Program-made: the position numbers and the translations under genes
Origin: Blastocystis sp. Blastoise
Taxonomy: Eukaryota; Protista; Bigyra: Opalinata
Assembly (NCBI GenBank): GCA_039096225.1
Contig: JBBPEB010000025.1
Span: forward strand, 124,001 to 188,000
DNA: 64,000 nucleotides
Direction: 5' to 3'
In this document: one piece after another, positions 47,717 to 64,000 of the stretch
Layout: every line of letters starts with the position of its first letter
Numbering within the stretch: position 1 is the stretch's first letter
The notes under the pieces: generated by a model
The model's input: only the letters and a program-made list of their open reading frames with translations
Databases searched by the model: none
Told to the model about the DNA's origin: nothing

Positions 47717-47875
47717 TTCAAATCTTATATAATAAAATATACTGTTTTTATCATGTATTCAATTAATATCATTTTTTATTAGTTTTAGTTATTCTTTTTA
47801 AATGAACAAAACAACACATCTAGAATTATTACATATCGTAATGAGAAAAAAATATATAAATATTTATTGGTATTT

Positions 47876-52704
<4,829 letters not shown>

Positions 52705-53467
52705 CTAAGCTTGTGTATAAAGAAATGCAAATTTTAAATAATAAATATTGTTTAAAAAACTAGAGTGCCTTTATTTTCATCAAAAACTGAGTTTTCTGAC
52801 TTCTAAATTTACTAAAAATATGTAATCAACTATGTTTTCATTTCTATATAGTTAATTCACTTTCCTCATGTCCCTGTAATTGCTTATATAATCACTATAA
52901 ATTAGTTGAAGAATAATCAATGTAGACAGTTTTGCTTGATTGTGTCGATTATAATGATTTGTAGCTTGAATCAATGGCAGTAGTATTCACATCTTAATTG
53001 GAAAACCATTCACATAAAATAAAAGAACATAAATATTTTTTGTTGAATTATTCCGATTATCTATCAGTTTCATCATCCTATAATTAACATAACTTTTCTT
53101 TTGGAATCTTTGATGTGTTTGAAATTATATATACATTAAAGTTAGAAAATAAAATGAATTGTTATACAATTATTGATTATTTGAATATTTCACTTTTATA
53201 TTGTATTTTTTAATTCACATGACTCATTGATATATAATTATATATGTCTAGGGTGTTTTAGTTTAATATTTATTATTATATTTCTTTTCAAGAATTGAAT
53301 GTATTATTAAAAAATTTGATTTAGATGTTTGACATTTCAAAAAAAAAGGCAAAACTCACTTGTATTATAAATCTACTTAAATATGCTATATTTCTTAAAA
53401 CCAAACAATTCAAATATTTAAAAACTATAATACGTACGTAAATTCTTCTATATTTTTTTGAAAATGT

Positions 53468-55662
53468 TTATATTTTTTGGAAAACTTCATATTCTTTGAC
53501 TTTGAATAAATTGATTTGATCTGGTTGGTTTGTTCCTACAAAAATAGAAGATCCTAAAGAATGATCAATTTGGAAAGTATCTAGAGAATCGAATGTAGGA
53601 GCAGCTATAAAACTATTAATATTATCATTACAATGATCACTAATATAGAAAGAAGAACTAAAACAAGGACCTAAGGAAGAAGAGTAAAATATAGAATAAT
53701 CATGAATATGTTGAGAATTATATTGTGTAGCTGGTTGACCATAAATATTATCTAATGTAAAAACATAAGCATCAGAATCCTTAAGGCAATATGTAGCTAT
53801 AGAAAAAAAAATTTAAAAAAAAAATAGTATCAGACATTAAAACGAAAGAAAGAAAATGAATTATTATTATTATAATATTATTATTACAATATATATATAC
53901 AGGAGTCTAATTCTTTATTATTATCATTATTAATATCATTATTATTATCAATAATATCTTCTTCATCGTCTTTTTCTACATTAAAGATTTCTATTGTATT
54001 ATCATTCGTTATTTGTATAGTATCCTCAATACTTTTAGAACTAGTTTCTTCTTTTTCTTCCTCTTCTTCTTCTTCGATAATGATATTACTATTATTTTGT
54101 TTTAAAGAATCTTTATGAATGATGCTTCTATTAGAAATCTCTTTATATAATTCTATACTATCGTCAATATCCTTCTTACATCGTTTATTCATATTCTCTT
54201 CTAATTCATCATACTCACTATTAATAATCTTTGATTTACTTGTATTCCATCCTATTCTTGTATAACCACCAAATATACAATCATGGGAATGAATCGTTGT
54301 CTTTACTAAAACAAGTAAATTCTCATGATTATCACAAATATCATGAAATGATTTTGCAGAAAAATTATGGTCGGATGCTCTATATATATAAATCATAGAA
54401 TTATATAATGAAAATTCAAAGAAAATCGAAATAATATTTTAACTATTATAATACATTAATATATTCAAATAAATATACTAATTAGAGAAAATCAAAATTT
54501 ATATTTTAAATAATAAACTCGAATAATAAAAATTAAATAAAAATAATAATAATAAAATAATAATAAAAAAATATATATACCTAAAAAGAAGGTTCCATTG
54601 GGTATTTTCACCAGCCCATTCTAATAAATCACAAATATAATCTAATTCTAAAAGAGAAGAATGTCCATGGAAATACAGTTGTGTATAGAAATAACTGGGT
54701 AATTTAATATGATTTATATCAAGGTCTTCAAGAAATACTTCAGTATCTATTTGTGAAACAGAAGATGTTGATATATTTAATATATATTTAATATATTCAG
54801 GATACTTTGTATTCATATAAATACAATAATGATTTGTTAATGAATTCCATTTCATAGTCATAATATTATCTTCAGCAAATTCTTCAAGTATATTATTTTC
54901 TTGTAAATAACTGACAAACTGAGGTAATGATTCATTACCTAATAAAATAAGAGGTTCTTCTAAAAATAAACGTATTTTTCCCGTGGTTAAATACTCATCT
55001 TTATTGAGTGTTTCATCTTCAAAAGGTAATTCATAATAACTAATATCATCTAATAATTTATATTGAATAGATTCAGGATAAGAATGAATATCAAATAATT
55101 CTCCTTTCATATATCGAATAATATCTTCGATATATTGAGAATCATTATTGATTTGAATAGGACCGTCAAGAGATAAATATATATGATCTTTATATAACAT
55201 ATAGAATAAAGATCGAGGATATTGATTAAGAACAGAAAGAGGAATTGAATATACTTTTGAAGAATCTGAAAACTGAAAATCTATAGAGGATTCATCTATG
55301 ATCTTTGTTTCTTTTGGAGACAAATCAACATGAACTCTCTGTTCTTTTGAATCTTCAGTTTTTATTTCATTCTTGTTATCTATACTATTTGTACACTCCG
55401 TACTAAAACATAAATTTTCTGTTTTAGTTTGAAGAACAGCATTTGAAGCGAGAATACGTTCTTTCAATTCATTAATCATTGTATAATCGTTTTCAACAAG
55501 GTTGCTTATTTCATTAATACTTGAATTCGTAGTTTTTGAATTATGTTGCATACAATATTTGGCATAAACACTCATTTGATTAATTAAAGCATCTTTTGAA
55601 GCAATATAGAGAGACAGACTCGAATTTAAGCACACTTTCAATTCTTCTTCAATATCGTTCAT
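53468..55662 (-). CDS. BTB/POZ (KCTD-type) + TLDc domain protein (3 exons)
   Basis: YSIPLSVLNQYPRSLF..IIRYM..DISYYELP BTB; WNLLFRASDHNFSAKSFHDICD..IFGGYT..GPCF..FKVKEYEVF TLDc with an acidic insertion. Confidence 0.85.
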
Positions 55663-56454
55663 TCTATATAAAAGTAAATTGTATCCAATTATGGAATTCA
55701 ATTAATTGTTTATGATTTTTAAAATAGGAATTATTATATTTATATATATTCTATATATATAAATACCTAATATAGTATTGAAATAATTCAGTCTAGAAAG
55801 AAAAATGTAGTAATTCCATAAAGACTCTATTCAAGAATAAATTCCTTTTCAAGTGTGTATTTGTAAAAAAAACATAATTCTTGGTTTAAAAGTCTTTGAT
55901 TAAATAAACAAGCAATTCACTATTATTATCATAAATGATTATCCCAAAAGATTATAAATCATCTTGGGATCTTATAGAAATAACATTAAAAGCTAATTTG
56001 TTAATAATTATGTCAATAATACTTTTCCAGTATGCTTATCGATAATTATTTCAATGTAAAACATGTGTCTACATATAATGTAAAAACAATGGACGGTCAA
56101 TATTATATAAATTCATCTACTATCATCGATTTCAACAAAGTATTTGTCATTTCCTAGTACTTTTATAAATAGATAATATATAAAAATATATATCATAATC
56201 CATGCTATTTGAAATCTATAGTATTCCTTTTAATTAATAATTCTTTTCAGTATTGATTCAGTCATCCTGGAATATCATTCTTTTATGGAAATGAATTCGA
56301 AAGGGGAACTTTTTGTATCACTAATAAAAATGGATTATTCACGATTATTTTGATGATCATTACTTTTTATTTTAATATTTTCATTTTCATCTTTCCTCTT
56401 TTTTGAGAATTCCTATTTTGAATAAATTCTTTATTCGTTAACAACTTGATTAAA

Positions 56455-57340
56455 ATGAGTGAATCGCAATCTGTTTCAGACAACAACGTACCATCCAAAC
56501 ATGCTTTAGAACATAAGTGGACTATTTATGAGCAAGTCTCACTTGTTGATTCTGTTGATAAAAAAGAAGCTTACTTGAATTCCTATGAAAACATTTGTAC
56601 ATTTGGAACTGTGGAAACATTCTGGTTAAATTGGACTAAACTTCCATCTGTTAGTGATTTATTCTATGATGGTGTAGAGAAAGAAATCATCCGTATTGAT
56701 ACTACAAATGATATTAAGACTGAGAAACGTTATCACATTCTTGGTCAAGCTATTTTCAAGGATGATATCTTACCTCAATATGAAGATCCTGCTAATGAAA
56801 AGGGTGGACACATTCAAGTTTCTCTTTCTCATGAAGCTCATCAACAATTAGGAGCTTTCTGGGAAACTGTTGTATTAAGTATGATAGGTGAAACTCTTGA
56901 AGAAGGAGATGAAATCGTTGGTGCTCGTATTCTTGATAAAGTATATATTATTATAATATAATAATATATAGTATTTGATATATATATTAAATATTTATAA
57001 AGAATTTTAATATGTTTAAGTTTGTAATAATAATGATAATAAATATAATATATTATATAATAATAATAACTATATAATAAAATCATCATAATAATAAATA
57101 TAATATATTATATAATAATAATAACTATATAATAAAATCATCATAATAATAACTATACTATTTTATAAATAGTCAAATCCTCGTAAGAAATTTGCTAGTT
57201 ACCGTGTAGAAATATGGTTTAGAGATTATGAAAATCAAAAGATTAAAGAAGAATTAAAAACTAAAATTGAAGACTTTTTAGTTAAGAATTCTATAAGTAA
57301 GGGAGAACTTAAAATTAAAGAACATACTTCTACTTGGTAA
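56455..57340 (+). CDS. eIF4E: Translation initiation factor eIF4E family protein (divergent), 2 exons
   Basis: HALEHKWTIY, FGTVETFW, FKDDILPQYEDPANEKGG, WETVVLSMIGE, IVGARI, RVEIW; intron 56941-57172. Confidence 0.9.
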
Positions 57341-57888
57341 ACAATATATATTTTTATATATATAATTATTTAATTATATTTAATATTTATTTTTTTTGTT
57401 TTTGTTTTTATTTTTCTTTAATATATTCTAATATGTTTTATGTAACTAGTCTCTATATATTATTACATAACATAGTATATATTATCTTTACAATTCTTTA
57501 TTATCTAATTTATGTATATGCTTTTCTTTTTGTTATATTCATATTCTCTCATTTCTATTCTCATTTATTTGTATTATATATATATATGTTTACTTGAATT
57601 ATATCTGCTAATTATTTTTATTAGTATATATATTTTTTATTTTTCGTTTTTTTGTGATCATAATCTATCACGATTGTTTATATATATATAAATATTTCTA
57701 TTCGTTTCTTACTCTTTTTTATTGTTGCTAGTTTATTATCTATTAAAAACGTGTATAAATTTGTAAACTTCTCACTTGTTTTTAAATCTTATTTTCATAA
57801 ATTAATTATATTCGAAAAGTATATATTAAAACAAACTATATATATAACAAAGCAGTTGCAATTTGCATATTATAATTATATCTCTTAT

Positions 57889-58063
57889 TTATCTACGTTT
57901 TTCTTTTTGTTGTAAAAGTTCAAATCCTTTCGGTTTTATTACCATCATATTAGCATCAGTATTTTCATTTGACCATAACAACATTTTATTATCTTTCATA
58001 TATTCCAAAGTCTAAATAATAAAATAATATTTATAAAACATAATTTATTTACAAGTTGATATA

Positions 58064-58095
<32 letters not shown>

Positions 58096-60312
58096 CATCT
58101 TGATAATCATTTGTAGATTTAAAATCCGTTAAAAGTAATCCAGCAGCAGGATCTATTCGATTATTTTCTTGCTATATATAATATATATAATGTTATATAA
58201 TATAAAAAAATGTTATATAATATATATATAATGTAGTATATTGTATATATATAATGTTATATAATATTATATATTATATAATATATATATAATGTTATAT
58301 AATATATATAATGTAGTATATTGTATATATATAATATTATATAATATATATATAATGTAATATAATATATATATAATGTAGTATATTGTATATATATACT
58401 TCCCATAAGAAGATTTGATCTACAATATTATCTGGAATACATTTTACCATTTTCCCGCCTTCTTTCTTTTCTGGGCGGGAATATTCAGTTAAGAATTGAC
58501 ATATTTGATTGGCGGTAATTCCACATTTAAATGCTTCTCTCATATTTTGGCGGGTAATTTGACCACATGCAAGATTTGGTAATATTGTATGTATTTCCAC
58601 AAATAATTGAAGAAGCGATATATAGAGCACATTTGATGTATATACATATATTTTAAAATTAGTTTCAATAACAATTTCTAAGCCTGATTCTTCTGATAAT
58701 AATGGATTATAAGATAAGTTATTTTTTTTATCATTACATAAATCTAGTCCTAATTTAGTGACGCAATATACTTCTTTTCCATTTGGTATAAATCTATATA
58801 TATATATTAGGTTGTTTAAAAAATTCAGATATTTAAAAAAATATAAAAATATTATTTTAATTAGAAAAATTTGTAATTCAAAAATGATATTCAATATATA
58901 TACATGACACCAATATTATTAAAAGCAGGAAGAGCTAGTCTTTGAATATCTGTCAGTTTATCCATTGAATATTCTATATTATAAGCTAATTGCCCTAAGG
59001 TAAGAAGGAAAGAGAGTAGTTCTATTTGTATAGAGTGAAGAACAGCAGGAGCATTCCCGCGGGAGGGATCAGGAGGTAAAGAAGAGAGACAATGCATATA
59101 AATCTGATTAATTAATATCCAACACTATATAGTATATATATGTATAGAGTATGTTATACATATAGAATTATATATATATATTTAGATAATATAGGATATA
59201 TAAACTGATATAAATTATATATATATATACTTGTTCTTTACTACTCATAAGTAGAAACTCATAACCAAATGATGTAATATCCAATCTACATAATTATATA
59301 TAATTATAATATATAATATATAATATACTGGTTCTTTTCATTCTTAACAATTCCAGCCGATAAGAGTAAAGCGTATAAAATGTCTGAAATGTATGAATTG
59401 TCACCTAACTATATACATACATATATATAACACTTATATATATTATAAAAAGAGAATAATATATATTAGTAATATATATATATATGTACAATAAAAGCCA
59501 TGATTCGTTTCCAGCAGAGAATAGAATGTCCTTCAATATCATGCTCATTATTACGGGAATAATTCTTCTTCTCTTCATATATATATCTCTCTCCTGTACC
59601 TAAACTTTTCTATATATATGATATATATTATATATAATAATATATAATAATATATAATAATATATAATAAACATTAATATATAATAAACATTAATATATA
59701 AATAATATATATAATATAAACTTAACTATATAATTATAATAATTAAAAAATAACTTTTACTATTCTAAAAGTGAAGAAAATATAAAATAATATATATTTT
59801 TAAAAAATATAAATTATTATCATAAATACCCTTAAAATAGTTTTGAAACTATCATTCATAAAAACCAAATAACTTCCATAATTACCGACAGATATCGATG
59901 TTATATTTGTACATATATTCCCATTTATATCTGTGATACGAAGTATATGATAATCTACCAACTAAAAAAAAGATTTATGAAAAAAAAAATAATTTTAAAT
60001 ACATCTTGAACATCATCCATCATTTTATCATCTTCTTTCACTTTGATATAACTCTTTACAAATGATAATGTTATATTTACAGTTTGAGTACATTGACATA
60101 AAAAGAAAATAATCCTATATATTGTATTTTCAAATATTATTTATTATCAGCATCATTATTTATACTGTTGTTGTATATTTGGAAGCATTTGAACAATAGA
60201 TGCAGGAATCCCAACTGATGAAAACCTATAGAATCAAATATTTTAAATAACAAATATACAATCTGGATGCTTCTTCATCAGTGAATGTTTTTACAATATC
60301 AAATATCTTCAT
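57889..60312 (-). CDS. TFB2: TFIIH subunit p52/Tfb2 (about 11 exons)
   Basis: ITSFGYEFLL, IVIETNFKIYVYT, GQITRQNMREAFKCGITANQICQFL, IPDNIVDQIFLWEQENNRI. Confidence 0.92.
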
Positions 60313-60497
60313 CGTACCTTCGTTATTTCAACAATAAGCAAACAAGTCTTTTTGAACTTTTTAGAATTTTGACTGGCTAACTATTCAATAACGATGTTTA
60401 TTTTTATTTTTCCATTCAAGAAAACTGTTTGTTTTTCTATATATCAAAGGAAAACTCATATTATTATTATATATTACTTATCTTCTGATATATATAA
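60313..60497. promoter_or_regulatory. Probable compact bidirectional promoter (TFB2 / NCBP3-like, head-to-head)
   Basis: Only 185 bp between divergent ATGs. Confidence 0.45.
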
Positions 60498-61729
60498 ATG
60501 GAACAAACACCAATTATCCCTTCTCCAGACTCAATTAAACCTCGAGCCGATTTAGATTTGTCTGTAGGAACCCTGATACCTAACTCTTTATATATATATG
60601 GAAGTCAGTGTGGCCAATGTAACTCTTGTAACGGTCCTTGCTTACATCCACTTGCAACTGCCGACTTAACTCTATTCTTTCAAGTATTTCTTCATTTTTT
60701 TATATCTATTATTTTTTATATAGGATTATAATTTAAAATTAGTGGATTGGATCAATGATAAAAGTTGTTTGATACGATTTGATGATGAAAATCTATTAAG
60801 AAATGCATTATTGAATAATTTTATTCCTGCATATAAGAATTCAAATGAAGTAGAATGGTATGAAAGTACTCGTCCAGTTATTAAACAGATAGTTTCAGAT
60901 ACATATGGAGAAAAGGGCAAATATGTTTTTTTATTTTGTAGATTAGCTTATACAACTGACAAACCTAAAACAAATAATAGTAGGTTGTTATTATTATTAT
61001 TTTAATTTTATTATTATTTTGTTTATATTATGCTTATTATTATTATCTGAGATATTATTATTTATTATATTTATTATTATTATGTTTATTATTATTATTA
61101 TTTAAACATATTATTACCATTATTATTATCTATAATAATATTATTATTATCTTTATTATAGAGAAGCCGAATAAGAAACATGTGAAGAAATTGGATCCAA
61201 AAATAGAAATGGCCTTAGAAGAAATTAATGGTATGGATTCAGTTCGGAATTTAAGTCGTAATGCAGAACGAATTCAGAGAATGCGCGGGAAACAGAAGCA
61301 GGGAAAGAAACAGAATCAATCAAAGAACAATAAGAATTCAATGATTTCAGAAGAAACTAATCGAACTATTGCTTCTAAAAAAAAGATATCAAATAATGTA
61401 TATATAATTATAGTATATCAGCTTATTATCAATATTATATTAATATTATTATTGTATATGTTTATGTTTATAAATAATTTATTAGTATTATTTTTATATA
61501 TAAATAACTCATAATAATAATATTATTATATATAGAAGAAGGTATCAACTGTTCAATATAAGAGAGAAGTATTTAATTATATATATATATATTCATGTTA
61601 CTATATATATAGTCTCAGGATAAAGTGGCCTCGGTTGTTCAATCCATAGGTCATCAATTAACATCAGAATATGGAACGTCTCTTTTTAGTTTTAATATGT
61701 TTGGATCATCACAACCACTTGCTTTCTAA
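60498..61729 (+). CDS. NCBP3: Nuclear cap-binding protein subunit 3-like (DUF2414 RRM), 5 exons
   Basis: PNSLYIYG...LATADLTLFFQDYNLKLVDWINDKSCLIRF matches the NCBP3 signature (W[IL]xDxSC); basic C-terminal region. Confidence 0.75.
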
Positions 61730-62237
61730 TTATATATGTATTCATTCGTTTTTTTTACTATATTATTTCTTATATAACTCACTCTCAATACTATATTTTA
61801 TACAATTTATATTATTTATAGAGAGTATATAATGAATATTTATGAATACTTTTTTATTGTTATTGAATTTACTCTTTATTTGTTTTTGTTCTATTTAATT
61901 TTGTGTTCGTTCTTTATTTCAATACTAGTTTTGTTTATAGAAACAATTCACATAAATTGCTATAAGAATATCTTCTTTATATATAGTAAATATATTTATA
62001 TATTTTGAGATGATTGTATTTTTAGTCAATGAAATAGTCTCCTCTGATTTGTAAATTCATTTTTTATAATACGAAGAATAGCGTATTGACACTTAAATGT
62101 GACTATATAATAGAATGAATCAAATAATTTGTTGTAAACACTATATTCTTAAAGATATATAAAATTTAACTCTCTACTAACAAAAAACGATATAACGCAT
62201 CACAATATATACTAATATATACATTTTTAATACTCCA

Positions 62238-64000
62238 TTAGAAGTATATATAGAAAAGGACAGAGAGACTTATTAGAAATATAGATAATATATATGGATT
62301 AGACTGTATTCCATCCCCTGGACATTTATATCCCATCGCTACAAGGTCTTTTGCATTCCCAATAACCGAACAATCAGGACAGGCATATCTATATATATAT
62401 TGATATTGATATGGATATAGTAATGGATAATAAAGAAAAGAAAATATTCAATAAAAATATAGAAATAACTATAAATGATCTAATTTACATACATAGTAAT
62501 AGTAATATGTATATAATTAAATAAATGGATATAGTAATCATTATGTATATATAAGAATTATATATATATATATATACCCTTCATAACATACGCAACGTCC
62601 ATTTAAGCAGCTTCCTCCTGTTTTAGTCGGTTTTCTATAATTTGGTCCAAAATTACCACAATCAGCATTCTTAGAGCACGTGTCTCCTCCATTGAGTCGT
62701 GCTGCGTCATCACATTGTTTACCTACATTAGAACACTGTGGGCAAGTCCATCCCTCGTAACACTCACATCTCCCTATATATATATATATATATATATATC
62801 TTGATATAGTTAAAAGATGTTAATATGTATACTATGATTAACTTTTTATATATTTAAGCTATATAGTATGTTATAGACTATATTATTATAAATATATCAT
62901 TTAGAAAAAGAATATAATAAATCATCATATATATAATGAAATCAAATTATATATATATATATTTGTTGTTTTATATAATATGAAATCATTATATATATAA
63001 TGAAATCAGCATATATATATGTGTATATACTTGTTGCTTTATTACAAATCCCTCCTACGCCTCCGTTACATTCTTCGTTCACCGTACATTCGTATCCGCC
63101 AGTAGTTTGAAGCTCACAATGGTCTCCGTACCAACTATGTGTATAGTATTCTTATATTAACAATAACTTGAAACATTAATGTATTAAAGATATTTATAAT
63201 GATTATTTTTCATTTCTTTTTATTATAAACATAGACAAGTATATATAAAATACATATATAGATATGTGTATATACCCATTATGACAAATACATTTGAAAT
63301 TATCTTCTGGATCACACGTCCCATGAGACCCACAATCTGCTAAGGAGCAAGGGTAGAAGGTGAAGGAATATATATATATATGTATATAATGAATAATAAT
63401 AAATATGTAGAGAAGTACACTTGAATAAACATAAAATAAAATAAAAAATAATAATAATAATACATATAGTGATAAGAATGTATATAAAAGAAAATACAAA
63501 ATTCAAATACATACATAGAATAGTAAAAAACAAACACAATGTATTTATATTCATATTTATAGGCATTAAGAAGAGATATATAGAAAATAATAAAAATAAT
63601 TAACAAAATTTAGAGAAAAAATGAAAAAGATAATAAGAATTACTAATAATCACTATATACATAATTAATTAAAAGATATATTTGTTTCACAATAGAGTCC
63701 AAGATATCCATCTTTACAGACACATTTACCGTTTTGACACGTGCCATGATCCCCACATTTCAGTCTGTCACATGGGCATGTTTGACCTATAGAGGAATAG
63801 TAAGTTATATTAATAGTGTTATTATAGTAAATATCTATATAAAGAAATTTATATGTATATAAAAAAGAATTATATATATAAAAGAATTATATATATATAT
63901 AATACCGGATACAATTTGTTGTACAGTATGTGTACAATGGCTACAAACATAGCCACTGTTACAATGACAATATCCACTGTTACATACACCGTACATTTGT
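62238..64000 (-). CDS. 3' part of an EGF-repeat (tenascin-like) surface protein with GPI-type hydrophobic tail
   Basis: CGDHGTCQNGKCVCKDGYLG, CGSHGTCDPEDNFKCICHNG, CECYEGWTCPQC; ends NPYILSIFLISLSVLFYIYF-TAA. Confidence 0.85.

Overview
Very AT-rich, gene-dense, intron-rich eukaryotic DNA using the standard genetic code. By inference it best fits an AT-rich Blastocystis-like gut stramenopile: He_PIG/PA14 surface proteins, BTB-TLDc, a mitochondrial ribosomal L12, minor introns and a TGTTTGTT-type 3' motif. Hand-splicing gives about 22 protein genes: GH27 alpha-galactosidase, a WLM/Wss1-like pseudoprotease, two giant lectin/Ig/HRM type-I membrane proteins, a Cys-repeat secreted protein, a CENP-U-like protein, a ThiF/MoeB E1-like enzyme, a 43-aa His-rich microprotein absent from the ORF track, Fe-SOD, mito-L7/L12, an NF-YB-like histone-fold protein, CBP20, ankyrin-HDAC, NT5DC, a double-tetraspanin/EF-hand/adhesin fusion, BTB-TLDc, eIF4E, TFIIH p52, NCBP3 and an EGF-repeat protein. 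The most unusual signal is in splicing. There are two clear U12-type AT-AC introns, introns made almost entirely of (TA)n, and about six introns that only restore a conserved protein with non-canonical ends (GT-AT, AT-AG, TT-AG). In each of those the deviant base equals the base in the spliced mRNA, so they are either relaxed splicing or an assembly-polishing artefact. Most short poly-I/Y/L ORFs in the ORF track are intronic microsatellites or antisense shadows. No tRNA, rRNA, CRISPR or transposase was recognised. All family calls come from motif recognition by eye, not database searches.
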